From positions 124,001-188,000 of the forward strand of contig JAPMXV010000029.1 in assembly GCA_026936335.1 (NCBI GenBank): 64,000 nucleotides of DNA. Reading direction: 5' to 3'. Origin of the DNA: Mantamonas sphyraenae STR306. Taxonomy: Eukaryota; Protista; CRuMs. Positions 21,086 through 30,025 of the stretch are shown here, one piece after another; position 1 is the stretch's first letter; each line of letters starts with the position of its first letter. The position numbers and the translations under genes were made by a program. The notes beneath the pieces are model-generated. The model was not told the DNA's origin and made no database searches. It saw only the letters and a program-made list of their open reading frames with translations.

Positions 21086-21502
21086 TTGGAGGAAGGGGTG
21101 AAACACAGCCCATTCATGCTGGTGACAAAAGGGATGTACGACGCCATGGGAGGAAGCAAGTGTGGACAGGCTGTGCAGAAGAGGTGGGAGGAGACAGAGT
21201 TGCTGCGGCAGCAGATCCCTGCAAACCGGGTCAAGTGGGCCCGTGATCTGCTGTCCCGCACTGAACATGGACGCTATCGGTCTCATGATTCATTGCTCCC
21301 CCTGCAAGTGCTGTGGGAGTGTGGTTACGACTTTGGAGAGGATGATTGGGTGGAGAACGTTTCCCGGGAAGGTGCTCTGTTCTTGGCCTCACTGGGTGTC
21401 AATGGCAAAGGCAGGCGACACAATGACGCACCAACATGGAACTGGGAACGGAGTTGCAAGGATGATCTGGTCAGACACAGAGCAATCTCCCGTATGTACT
21501 GA
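21067..21502 (+). pseudogene. 3' remnant of a more divergent F-box-like family paralogue
   Basis: HNDPRLLEEGVKHSPFMLVTKGMYDAMGG...QVLWECGYDFGEDDW...GALFLASLGV aligns with the C-termini of copies 1 and 2 (HKDPEVLEALVWRIPFMVVTKGMYEALGG...QVLLECGYEFGEKDW...FLASLGI). Confidence 0.85.
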
Positions 21503-21505
21503 TTA

Positions 21506-22923
21506 TCACCCTCCCCTCCCCAACCACCCAACCACCCTCTCCATCACCTCATCCGGCAACGTCACCCACCCCTCCCACCCACCCCTCTCCACATACTCCT
21601 CCATCCCCCCACACGCAAACATCGCCTCCCTCTCCTCCCCATTCATCACCAACGCCACCTCCATCGCCCCATCCACCCACCCACCCAATGCAACTCCCTC
21701 CTCCACCCTCCCCCCCTCACCTCCCTCCCCAACTCCACACCCACCTCCGCCCCCCACCCCCTCAACATCTCCACAACCTCCCACCGCCCTTCCCGCACCG
21801 CCACCTCCAACGCCGTCCCTTCCCACCCCGCCCACGTATCCACCGCCACGCCCCACTCCATCAACGCCTCCATCCTCTCCACATCCCCCTCCTGCGCCGC
21901 CTTCACAAACGCCCTCCCCTTCTCCCGGTTCCTCTCTAGCGCCTCCAAACCACACCCGTCCATGTCCCACACCACCCGATTCTCTTCCACCGCCTCCCTC
22001 AACGCCGCCACCCCATCTTCCCAAATCCCGCACGTCCTCAAATCCACCACCTGCAACGCCCGGTTCGTCCTCAGCACCCTGGCCATCGCCTCTGCCCCTC
22101 CATCGCCGATGTCGTTTCCGGCCAAATTCAACTCCTGCAACCCTCCATTGCCCAGCCCCTCCACACCCTCACACCCGATCCCGTTGAAGGAAACATTCAA
22201 CGATCGCAGCACCCCATTCACTGCCAACATCTCACCAAACGCACACGCCCCTGCGTCCCCCATCTCATTCTGCGCGCAGTCCACCTTCCACACCCTGCCG
22301 TTCTCTCGCAATCCCTCCGCCAGCGCCACTGCTCCCGCACTGCCAATCCCTCCTCGGTGCAGGTCCAACACCTGCAGCCCCTCATTCCCCACCAACGCCG
22401 CCCCAATCGCAACCGCTCCCTCGTCCCCGATCTCATTCATCCCAATGCCCAGCTCCTCCAGCCTTCCATTTCCCTGAAGCCCCGCGGCCAATGCAACGAT
22501 TCCCACCTTGCTGATCCCATTGTAACCCAACTGCAGGCTCCGCAGCTGCCCATTCACCTTGAGGGCCGCCCCAATCGCAGCCGCTCCCTCGTCCCCGATC
22601 TGATTCTCGCCCAGGTCCACCACCTCCAAACGATCATTCCCCGCCAATGACTCGCCCAATGCCTTTCCTCCTGCAGGCCCGATCCGATTGCTGGCCAAGC
22701 TCAGCTCCCGCAAAACACACTCCCTTGTCTCCAGCGCCCGCCCCACAGCCTCTGCCCCTGTATCCCCCACCTGATTCCACCCCAGCTGCAACACTTCCAG
22801 CCCTGTCAGCCCCGCCAGTGCACCCTCGCCCACGCTGTTCCCGCTCACGTCAACCTTCTGCACCCCCGTCCCACCCTTTCCCAGCGCCTTCTTGACCCAC
22901 GCCCGCATCTCCTCCACCCCCAT
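21506..22923 (-). CDS. LRR_RI (NLRC3-like) plus ankyrin-repeat protein with C-terminal F-box/SOCS-box-like motif; apparent frameshift at ~21710
   Basis: About 10 28-residue LRRs (LxxLxLxxNxIGDEGAxAIxxAL) and ankyrin-like FVKAAQEGDVERMEALMEWG and TALEVAVREGRWEVVEML. After a homopolymer, the alternate frame ends WVTLPDEVMERVVGWL. Confidence 0.75.
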
Positions 22924-22975
22924 CCTACTCCATGCCACACTCAACACCGCACCACCCTCTCCATCACCACCCGTT

Positions 22976-25411
22976 TCATTGTTCGCTCACGCGCTGCCTC
23001 TTTCCACCCCGCCCTTCCTCAAACTCATTCTGTGGCGCATAAAACCCAACCTGCGTCACCCTGTGATCCAACACGGCTTCCACCGCATCCCTCGCCCCGC
23101 CGTTCACCAACCTTGCCGTCTGCTCCACCACCCCTTCCCCACGCGGCCGCTTTGCACGCGATGCACTCGCCACCAGCCTGCCACTGTCCTCCTCTGCTGC
23201 TGCCGCCGCGGCTTTGTTCGCCTTTGCCTTGAGCGCACGCCGTTTCGACTCTGCAATGATGTTTGGCGGTCGAAAGATCCCGTGTCGCCGTTTGTACAGC
23301 CCGCACGGATTGCACAGCAGCTCCCCGTCCACGTGCCGCCAGCTGTTTGTCTTTGTCGCCCTGCAGTGCGGGTTGGCGCATACCTCTCCTTCGCCTCCTT
23401 CCTCCCCTTCATCCTCATCCTCCCCTTCATCCCCCTCCTCCTCCTCCTCCTCCTCCTCCCCGCCCCCCTCCTCCCCCTCCCGCCTACCCTCCACCTCCAT
23501 GCCACCTGCCTCGTTCACCTCTTCCCTGCGCTGGCTCGGATCCAGCCGGCGCCACCACGAGTTCTCCCCTGCCCCGGCCCTCGCCTGCACCTCCTGGTTG
23601 ATCTGCTGCAGTCGCTGCCACGCCAGAAATTGCACAAACACAGGCGACAGGTGCTGCACCATGGCAATCGGCGACACAAACACATTGGGCAGCTCGGGCA
23701 CCTCCTGTGTCTTTCCTCCTCTTTGTCGTCGCCCCTCCTGACCTTGCTCCTCCTCCCGCTTCTTGCCCACAAACGTGTCGTAGTCCATCACTTTCGTCGC
23801 GTCCGGCATCGCCGTGTCACGCAGCTGCTTCTGCAACGTCAGCAGGTGCGTCAAACTCACCGCATTGCTGCTATCGTTGTCCATCAGCGATGGCCACTGC
23901 TGTGCCTGCAGCTGGTGCTCGTACGTCGACAGCACCGTGCGCCACTGCTCCACCGCATCCCGTCCTTCTGGCCGCGTGTACATGCTCGCCCCGTTGGCCG
24001 CCTCGGCGTACCGCGCCTGGTACACCTCTGCTTGCGGGTCGTGCACACGTCGACGGTAGTGCAGTGGGCCCGGACGCATGCGCAGCGGCGGCTGCACGTC
24101 GCCTTCGCCCAGCAGATTCGCCGCTGGCGGCCTATCGCTGCGGCGCCCTTGTGCCGCCGCGTACCCACGCCGCGCCGCCGCAGGCGTCAGATCCGGCATG
24201 TCAAAGTTGAGCAGAAACGTTTGCTGTGTGCTAAACGGCCTGTTGGCTCGCTTGCTGCTGTGTGCCGGGCATGCCCAGTCGCCCGGCGGCGCAACCTCCA
24301 GCGGCGGATCCAGGCATTCCATGTGGTACGACCGTTCGCAACGGTCGCACAGCAGCAGTTCCCCCGAGTGATGGCACACAAAGCAAAACTCGTCGTTGAT
24401 GTCGATCTTGTCCTCGTTGGCCAGATCCTCACGCTTCTGCTGCGTAGACTCGTCCCCCGTCGCGTCTCGCGAGTACAGCGCACGTGCCGTCAGTGCCACC
24501 ACACGCGACGATGCTGTGGGTGGCAATGGCACCTCCAACGGCGCCTGGTCGTGCAGCATGACCCGTGTCGGACGCACCAGGTCTGCAAACCCGTTGTCAC
24601 CCTGCGTGCCTCCCGATTGTGCCTCCAGCTGCCGATCCAACATGCGCACGTCCACAGCCGCGCCCAAGCGTTCGTTGCGCACGTCCTGCGTCCCTTTCAG
24701 TTCCTTCTGCGTCGCTGGCTCCAGGTACTCCACGGGCATCTGGAACGCCTCGCTGCGCTGGCCCGTCGCCTTGTCCAGGATGGCCTGTGCCGCTGTCGTG
24801 TGTGGCGACAGTGTGGCCAGACGCGTCGTCAGCACCTTGTGCCGGCACGGGTCGCACAGAAAGTGCTCCTCGTACGGCCTGCGAATCTCTCGCTGCGACA
24901 TGTACGTCCGCAGGTACTCCACCAGCTGCTTTTCCGAGCTGATGGGAGGGTTCACACACCGTGGGTGCATGATGGAAGCGCATGCTGTGCACGTGTACAG
25001 GTTCTGCATGTAGTCTGTGTGATGACACGCGCGGCACTCGGCCTGCGCCAGGCCCCCGCCTCCCGCTGCCTCGCCCGTGTGTCTCTTGCCACTCTTGATC
25101 CGTGCCCGTGTGTTGCCTGGCGTCGGACTTGGCACCTCGACCCTGCGTTCTGTTGCTCCCTTGCCCCTGCTGCTGCTGCTCCTCGCTTCCGTCTCCTCTG
25201 CTTCTTCTTCCTCCTCCTGCTCTTCTTCGCTGGAATGCGACTCCTCCTCCTCCTCCTCCTCCGACTCCACCTCTTCACTCTCCGCCACAGACACTGGCGA
25301 CGATCGCTCCGACGACGCCCTCGATTCCTCGTCCGACCCTTCGTCCTCCGAACCCGATGCTTCGTGGTACCGCCGCGGTGGCTTTGTGTTGCGCCGAGGC
25401 CGTGAGTGCAT
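22976..25411 (-). CDS. Double PHD finger plus GATA zinc finger chromatin protein (PHF12/Rco1-like)
   Basis: PHD1 CRAC...CTAC...HPRC...CDPC; PHD2 CFVC...LLLCDRCERSYHMECLDPPL...PPGDWACPAH; GATA CANPHC...WR...LLCNPCGLY...RP. Confidence 0.85.
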   Translation of the reverse strand: MHSRPRRNTKPPRRYHEASGSEDEGSDEESRASSERSSPVSVAESEEVESEEEEEEESHSSEEEQEEEEEAEETEARSSSSRGKGATERRVEVPSPTPGNTRARIKSGKRHTGEAAGGGGLAQAECRACHHTDYMQNLYTCTACASIMHPRCVNPPISSEKQLVEYLRTYMSQREIRRPYEEHFLCDPCRHKVLTTRLATLSPHTTAAQAILDKATGQRSEAFQMPVEYLEPATQKELKGTQDVRNERLGAAVDVRMLDRQLEAQSGGTQGDNGFADLVRPTRVMLHDQAPLEVPLPPTASSRVVALTARALYSRDATGDESTQQKREDLANEDKIDINDEFCFVCHHSGELLLCDRCERSYHMECLDPPLEVAPPGDWACPAHSSKRANRPFSTQQTFLLNFDMPDLTPAAARRGYAAAQGRRSDRPPAANLLGEGDVQPPLRMRPGPLHYRRRVHDPQAEVYQARYAEAANGASMYTRPEGRDAVEQWRTVLSTYEHQLQAQQWPSLMDNDSSNAVSLTHLLTLQKQLRDTAMPDATKVMDYDTFVGKKREEEQGQEGRRQRGGKTQEVPELPNVFVSPIAMVQHLSPVFVQFLAWQRLQQINQEVQARAGAGENSWWRRLDPSQRREEVNEAGGMEVEGRREGEEGGGEEEEEEEEGDEGEDEDEGEEGGEGEVCANPHCRATKTNSWRHVDGELLCNPCGLYKRRHGIFRPPNIIAESKRRALKAKANKAAAAAAEEDSGRLVASASRAKRPRGEGVVEQTARLVNGGARDAVEAVLDHRVTQVGFYAPQNEFEEGRGGKRQRVSEQ

Positions 25412-26343
25412 GGCCACGTGAAAATTCAGGGTTGCTCACGCACGCGCACCCCACCCACACGCCCCTTCCCACTGCCCCCACGCCTCTTTATCTCTGCTAC
25501 TGTGCCTCTGCATCCCCTTGACCCCCCGCGTGCCTTGGTACGGTCTCTGCGGGCACGGCCTGCGCCCGAAACGGCGCCCTGACGGTTCCGCACCTGCGTC
25601 TCACTTTGCCTTCTCGCAACGGCCACGTGATGGTGCATAGCACACACAAACCAGGGTTTGCGCATGGCGCGCACAGTGTGTGTGGATGGGACGACGTGGT
25701 AGCGCGTACATTTGTGCCACAGGCCTCGGGTGTGGAGCCGGAAGGATTGCCGCTCCTCCACAGGTGCATGGAGACTGTACGAGTCGACCCACCTGCGTGA
25801 CATCTGTTTCCACTGTCCATGCGACCTGGTTTCTCGTGTGCTGTTCCACCTGCAGCTGTTCTGCCTTGTGTCCGCCTGCCAGAGTGCCGTTCCCTACCCG
25901 GTCGGACGTCACGTCCACACGACCCGCACTCACGCCTTCCACCGTCCTTTGTGTCCACAAAGAGTGGATCGGCGCCGCCAAACAACGATGAGATGTGTGT
26001 GCAACGTCAACCGGTCGCAGAGTGGCACAACGTCGCCCAGCACCCCCCCCGGCAGACACGAACCCAGTCTGCTTGCCTGCGTACACACGACCCTTCCACT
26101 GAAACGGCGTATGATGCGTGTTGCACGTCTCTGTGACTGGATTGGAGACTGCGCTGGCACGCGTGGGACCCTACGGCCCCCCACCCACCTCTCCGGCATG
26201 ATTTCCCATCCTCTCATCGCAAAGCAACGCCACACACCATCATGCCACTCCTCCCTCCTCCCTCCTCCCTCCTCCCCCCCCCCCCCCACCCCGCTTCTCC
26301 CCAGGGTGCAGCGCCTCCTCACCAACAGCAATTCCGGCGGCCC

Positions 26344-27699
26344 ATGTCCAGCCCACACCCGGAGCTCGCACACCTGTTCTCGACGTCTGCGTCGAAGCGC
26401 ATTTCGTCGGACAAGTTGCTGTCGGTGCTGCACGACATTGACCTGGAGCTGAGCCAGGACGATCTCGACGCCCTGCTGGACAACCTGGAGGACTACGACC
26501 CACACGCGGGTCTGGACTACGACCAGTTCATCCACCTTTTGGAGCTTCTGCGTCGCTCTCTCCATGCAAACGACGCAGCCGCCGAGGTCTTTGACGACAT
26601 CCGCCGCGCAAAGAGCGTGAAGAACCCGAGCCGCGATCCCGCCGCCGAACTGTCCCTGCAGCAGCGAGGCAACTCCGCCCTGCGAGACGACGCCAGCGAT
26701 GGCAACAGCAGCGATGGCGACAAAGTTGACGAGCTGCTGCTGTTTGTCCAGGCTCTCCCAGACGCACTGGTGCAGGAAATCAACACGGCTTTCGGCCAGG
26801 ACAACCCGGACGCGCCAATCAGTGCGTTGAAGCCACTGGTGCGCACTCTGACACGCAACAAAGACCGCACATTTGTCAAGCGCTTCCAAGAGGCGCTGGG
26901 TGCGCGAAAAGGCCGTGTGGAAAAGACGGTGTTCCTGCGCGCACTCTTCACCTTTCGCGAGCGACTGGCGCTGGACACGCTGGTGATGCAGCACAACAGC
27001 AACCTGACAGCGGGCACCACCACCACCACCACCACCACCACCAGCAGCAGCAGCGGCGGCGCCCGATCCTCGGACCCGCGTGGCACGCTGGCATGGGCGG
27101 TGGCGTTGGATGTGGATGTCTTTCTGGCCGAGACACTCGCGGTGGCAGACGCACACATGCAGGCGGGGCATGCTAGCCAAGCCCAGGGAATTCTACAGGC
27201 GGTGCAGCAGCTGCTGAGGTGTCACCATTTGCAGCCGTCGTCGAAAAACTCTGGCTTTTGGCCGCGGTTCGAGCAGCTGCAGGAGGACGTGAGTGCAGCG
27301 ATGGACGGGCAGGACGAGGAGGAAACACCTGTGCAGGGGCGTGTGGGTGTGCTGCGATCGGCCTCGTTGACAGGCAAGCACCTGCGTGATCGAGAGCAGA
27401 GTGTCGAGTCGGTGGGATCGGATGGCCCAGCAGTGGGGGACGAAAACACAGCAGAGGTGGTGGCGTCGCTACACAAGCGAGTCAAAAAGTACAAGCGGCA
27501 GGTCAATGAGCTGCGCGGCGAGAACACGCGCTTGTCCAGGGCCAGGGATCACGAGGCTTCATTGCGGAAGCAGCTCGAGGCGCAATTGGCAGAGAGGGTG
27601 GAAGAAGACACGCCGTTGCTAAGGACAAGTGGTGGTGCCAGTGGTGGTGGGGCAGGTTCTGAAGGAGGCAGTGGATGTGGTCAATGTGTTTTGTTGTAG
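26344..27699 (+). CDS. EF-hand-like/coiled-coil protein with C-terminal CaaX box
   Basis: Degenerate calmodulin-like pair (ISSDKLLSVLHDIDLELSQDDLDALL...GLDYDQFIHLL), coiled coil LHKRVKKYKRQVNELRGEN, and C-terminal CGQCVLL-stop. Confidence 0.65.
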   Translation: MSSPHPELAHLFSTSASKRISSDKLLSVLHDIDLELSQDDLDALLDNLEDYDPHAGLDYDQFIHLLELLRRSLHANDAAAEVFDDIRRAKSVKNPSRDPAAELSLQQRGNSALRDDASDGNSSDGDKVDELLLFVQALPDALVQEINTAFGQDNPDAPISALKPLVRTLTRNKDRTFVKRFQEALGARKGRVEKTVFLRALFTFRERLALDTLVMQHNSNLTAGTTTTTTTTTSSSSGGARSSDPRGTLAWAVALDVDVFLAETLAVADAHMQAGHASQAQGILQAVQQLLRCHHLQPSSKNSGFWPRFEQLQEDVSAAMDGQDEEETPVQGRVGVLRSASLTGKHLRDREQSVESVGSDGPAVGDENTAEVVASLHKRVKKYKRQVNELRGENTRLSRARDHEASLRKQLEAQLAERVEEDTPLLRTSGGASGGGAGSEGGSGCGQCVLL

Positions 27700-27942
27700 T
27701 TCGTTCCCGCTCGAATCACAAATACAGTCACCACAGAGCACGCCATACACATTGCACAAGAGCACAAGATTGCAACCATCATGCCGTGATGGTGGTGCAT
27801 TGAACATGCACTGACAAAGCGCGACGACCCCGACAACCAAATTCTTGCTTCTGGTGGGTTGATGCGTTGGTGCTTGCAAGCGTCAAGTGAGCTGAACAGG
27901 GTCAGGATCTGACACACTTGCGTTTGACGATTGGCACAGTCG

Positions 27943-28558
27943 ATGGAGGCAGCGTGGAAGCGTGCACGGGACGCGTTTGGAAAGGGAGAGCTGGAAGAAT
28001 GTGCTAGGCAGTGGGAGGCGCTGCTGGGGATGGAAAGCATGCCGACTGGAAAGCGGGCTCTGGTTTGGGCGTAGGTTGGGTGGTGGTGAAGTGCGGGAGA
28101 GGAGGAGAACGCTGTTGAAGCGAGCGGGGACCTCCCTGAGCGGACAGACTGACCCTGGGGGTGTGGGGCCTGTGGGTCGTAGCAACATGGCACTCGTCAA
28201 ATACAAGCTGGAAGCGTATGACGAGGCGGTGGACGCGTGCAAAGAGGCCCTGGCTTGCGATGGAGAGTGCGGGATCGCCTTTCTGAGAATGGGCATGGCC
28301 CTGGAGCGGCTGGATAGAGGCGACGAGGCCAAAAAGGTGTATGCAAAGGGCGCCCAGGTCCAGGGCGACATAGCCATGACGTCGTGGATGCAGGGGCTTG
28401 CTGATGGGAGCAAGAACAGTGCGGGGAAGGCTGTGAACCACGCGGAAGATGACGGTGACGTGCAGCAGGAAGAAGGCGATGAGGCACAGTTGTGGTATGG
28501 ACTTGCAACAGGTGGGATTGTAATTGTGTGGGGCGTGGTGTCTTTGTTGTGGCAGTGA
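27943..28558 (+). CDS. Small TPR protein with C-terminal transmembrane anchor (2 exons)
   Basis: ATG at 27943. Intron 28071-28182 (gtaggt...gtcgtag) joins in frame to TPRs ANMALVKYKLEAYDEAVDACKEAL and FLRMGMALERLDRGDEAKKVY. Hydrophobic tail LWYGLATGGIVIVWGVVSLLWQ. Confidence 0.75.
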
Positions 28559-28610
28559 ACCGCCAATCTCTCTCCCTCTCCACTCTCTCCTCTCCCTCTC
28601 CCTCCCCACC

Positions 28611-29676
28611 TCACTCGCTCGCCTGGACCTCCTCCACCTTTTCCTCCTCCTTCTTCCCCTTTGTCTCCACGTACACCTCCTTGTCGCTATCCTCTCCGTC
28701 CGACGACTCTTCATCCAGATCTTCCACACGGTCGCCTCCTGCCCCTGCTGCACCCTGTCGACCCTGATCCTGGAACCTTGACACGTCCTGCTTGAACGTC
28801 GGATGCGTGGTCACCCACTTCTGAAAGTCTTGCAGAAGCTGCAGCCCCAACACTGTGTCAGCGACGAGCCCCCCCCCCCTTCCCCCCTCTCAACCCCCCT
28901 TCCACAACAACTCACCAAATACGCCTCCAAATCCAAATCCTCTCCCCTCAGTCCCGGCGCAGACACAATCCTCTCGATCAACCGAATCTGCTCCGTCTTG
29001 AACTTTTCGATCAACACACGCCTTTCCTGCGGCCTAAACACCCTCACTACGCTCCCCCCCCCAAAACACCCATGTCAGCCATCGCATCGCCCCTCACTCA
29101 ATCCCCCCCCCTCATTCCCCCCCCCTCATTCCCCCCCCCCAATCCCCCTGTCCCCCCCTCATTCCCCATGGCAACTTCCGAATCCTCTCCTTCTTCTCAT
29201 CATTCAAATCCAAATGCTGCTCCAAGCGCTTCTTAATCTTCTTCTGGGCCCGCTTCTCCGAAACACCCTCGGTGACAATGGGCAACGCCAAACTCTCATG
29301 CACCTTGTCAATCAACGAGTCCCGGTCATAGATGTTCCCCATGTACACGTTGCGCTCCACCAGCAACTGCTTCAGCTCCTTGATGCTCAGATGCGTCAGC
29401 GAGGCACGCGTCGGATACTTCTTCAACACCTCTTCCTCCTTTTTGTCCAGTTCGTCCGGCTCTCCCTCTTCCTCGCTCTCGCTCTCCTCCTCGCTTTCGC
29501 TCCCTTCCTCCTCCAGTGCCTTGACATCCTCCGGTGTCACCTCCACCGCCGCCTCGTCCACGTCGTCCTTGGCCACTGGCACCTCGCCCACAATCGACGA
29601 CATGCCCACCGCTGCGCTTCCCGCTGCTCCGGGCCGCTGTCCCACTGCGTCGTCCTCTGCAAAGTCGTCTCCTCCG

Positions 29677-29708
<32 letters not shown>

Positions 29709-29912
29709 TTCCTCCTCATCGTCATCGTCGTCATCGTCCTCCTCATCGTTCTCAGCCCCTCCTTGCGCTTGCCTCCCCTCTCCACCTCCCCGTTTCCCCT
29801 CCTCCTGCTCCCCGGCCCCTCCCGTTGCCCCTTCCACTGCATCCATCACACACAACACGCTCAAGCACAACAGCACCAAAACCAACACTGCGTTCACTCC
29901 CTTGGCATTCAT
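28611..29912 (-). CDS. Secreted/ER acidic protein with SAP/ARMET-C-like motifs (probably 3 exons)
   Basis: Signal peptide MNAKGVNAVLVLVLLCLSVLCVMDAVEG, acidic tracts, and LTHLSIKELKQLLVERNV...DRDSLIDKVHE. Probable introns at ~29045-29175 and ~28860-28915. Confidence 0.55.
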
Positions 29913-30025
29913 GCTCTCCAAAAAAGCTCCCTAAAAGTTCAAAAAGAAAAGTGTGGCACCGCCGTCGCCGGCGCCACGTCGTCGCCACAGCCCGACCCCT
30001 TTCCGCTGCCCCGCCCACTCGAACC

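Noticed and set aside
22892-25405. 837-aa plus-strand ORF (similarly 41599-43167 minus and 37010-39133 plus)
   Set aside because: Each overlaps a clearly identifiable gene on the opposite strand and has no domain features.
25420-26240. Short ORFs between the PHD gene and the EF-hand-like gene
   Set aside because: No motifs; likely divergent promoter or intergenic sequence.
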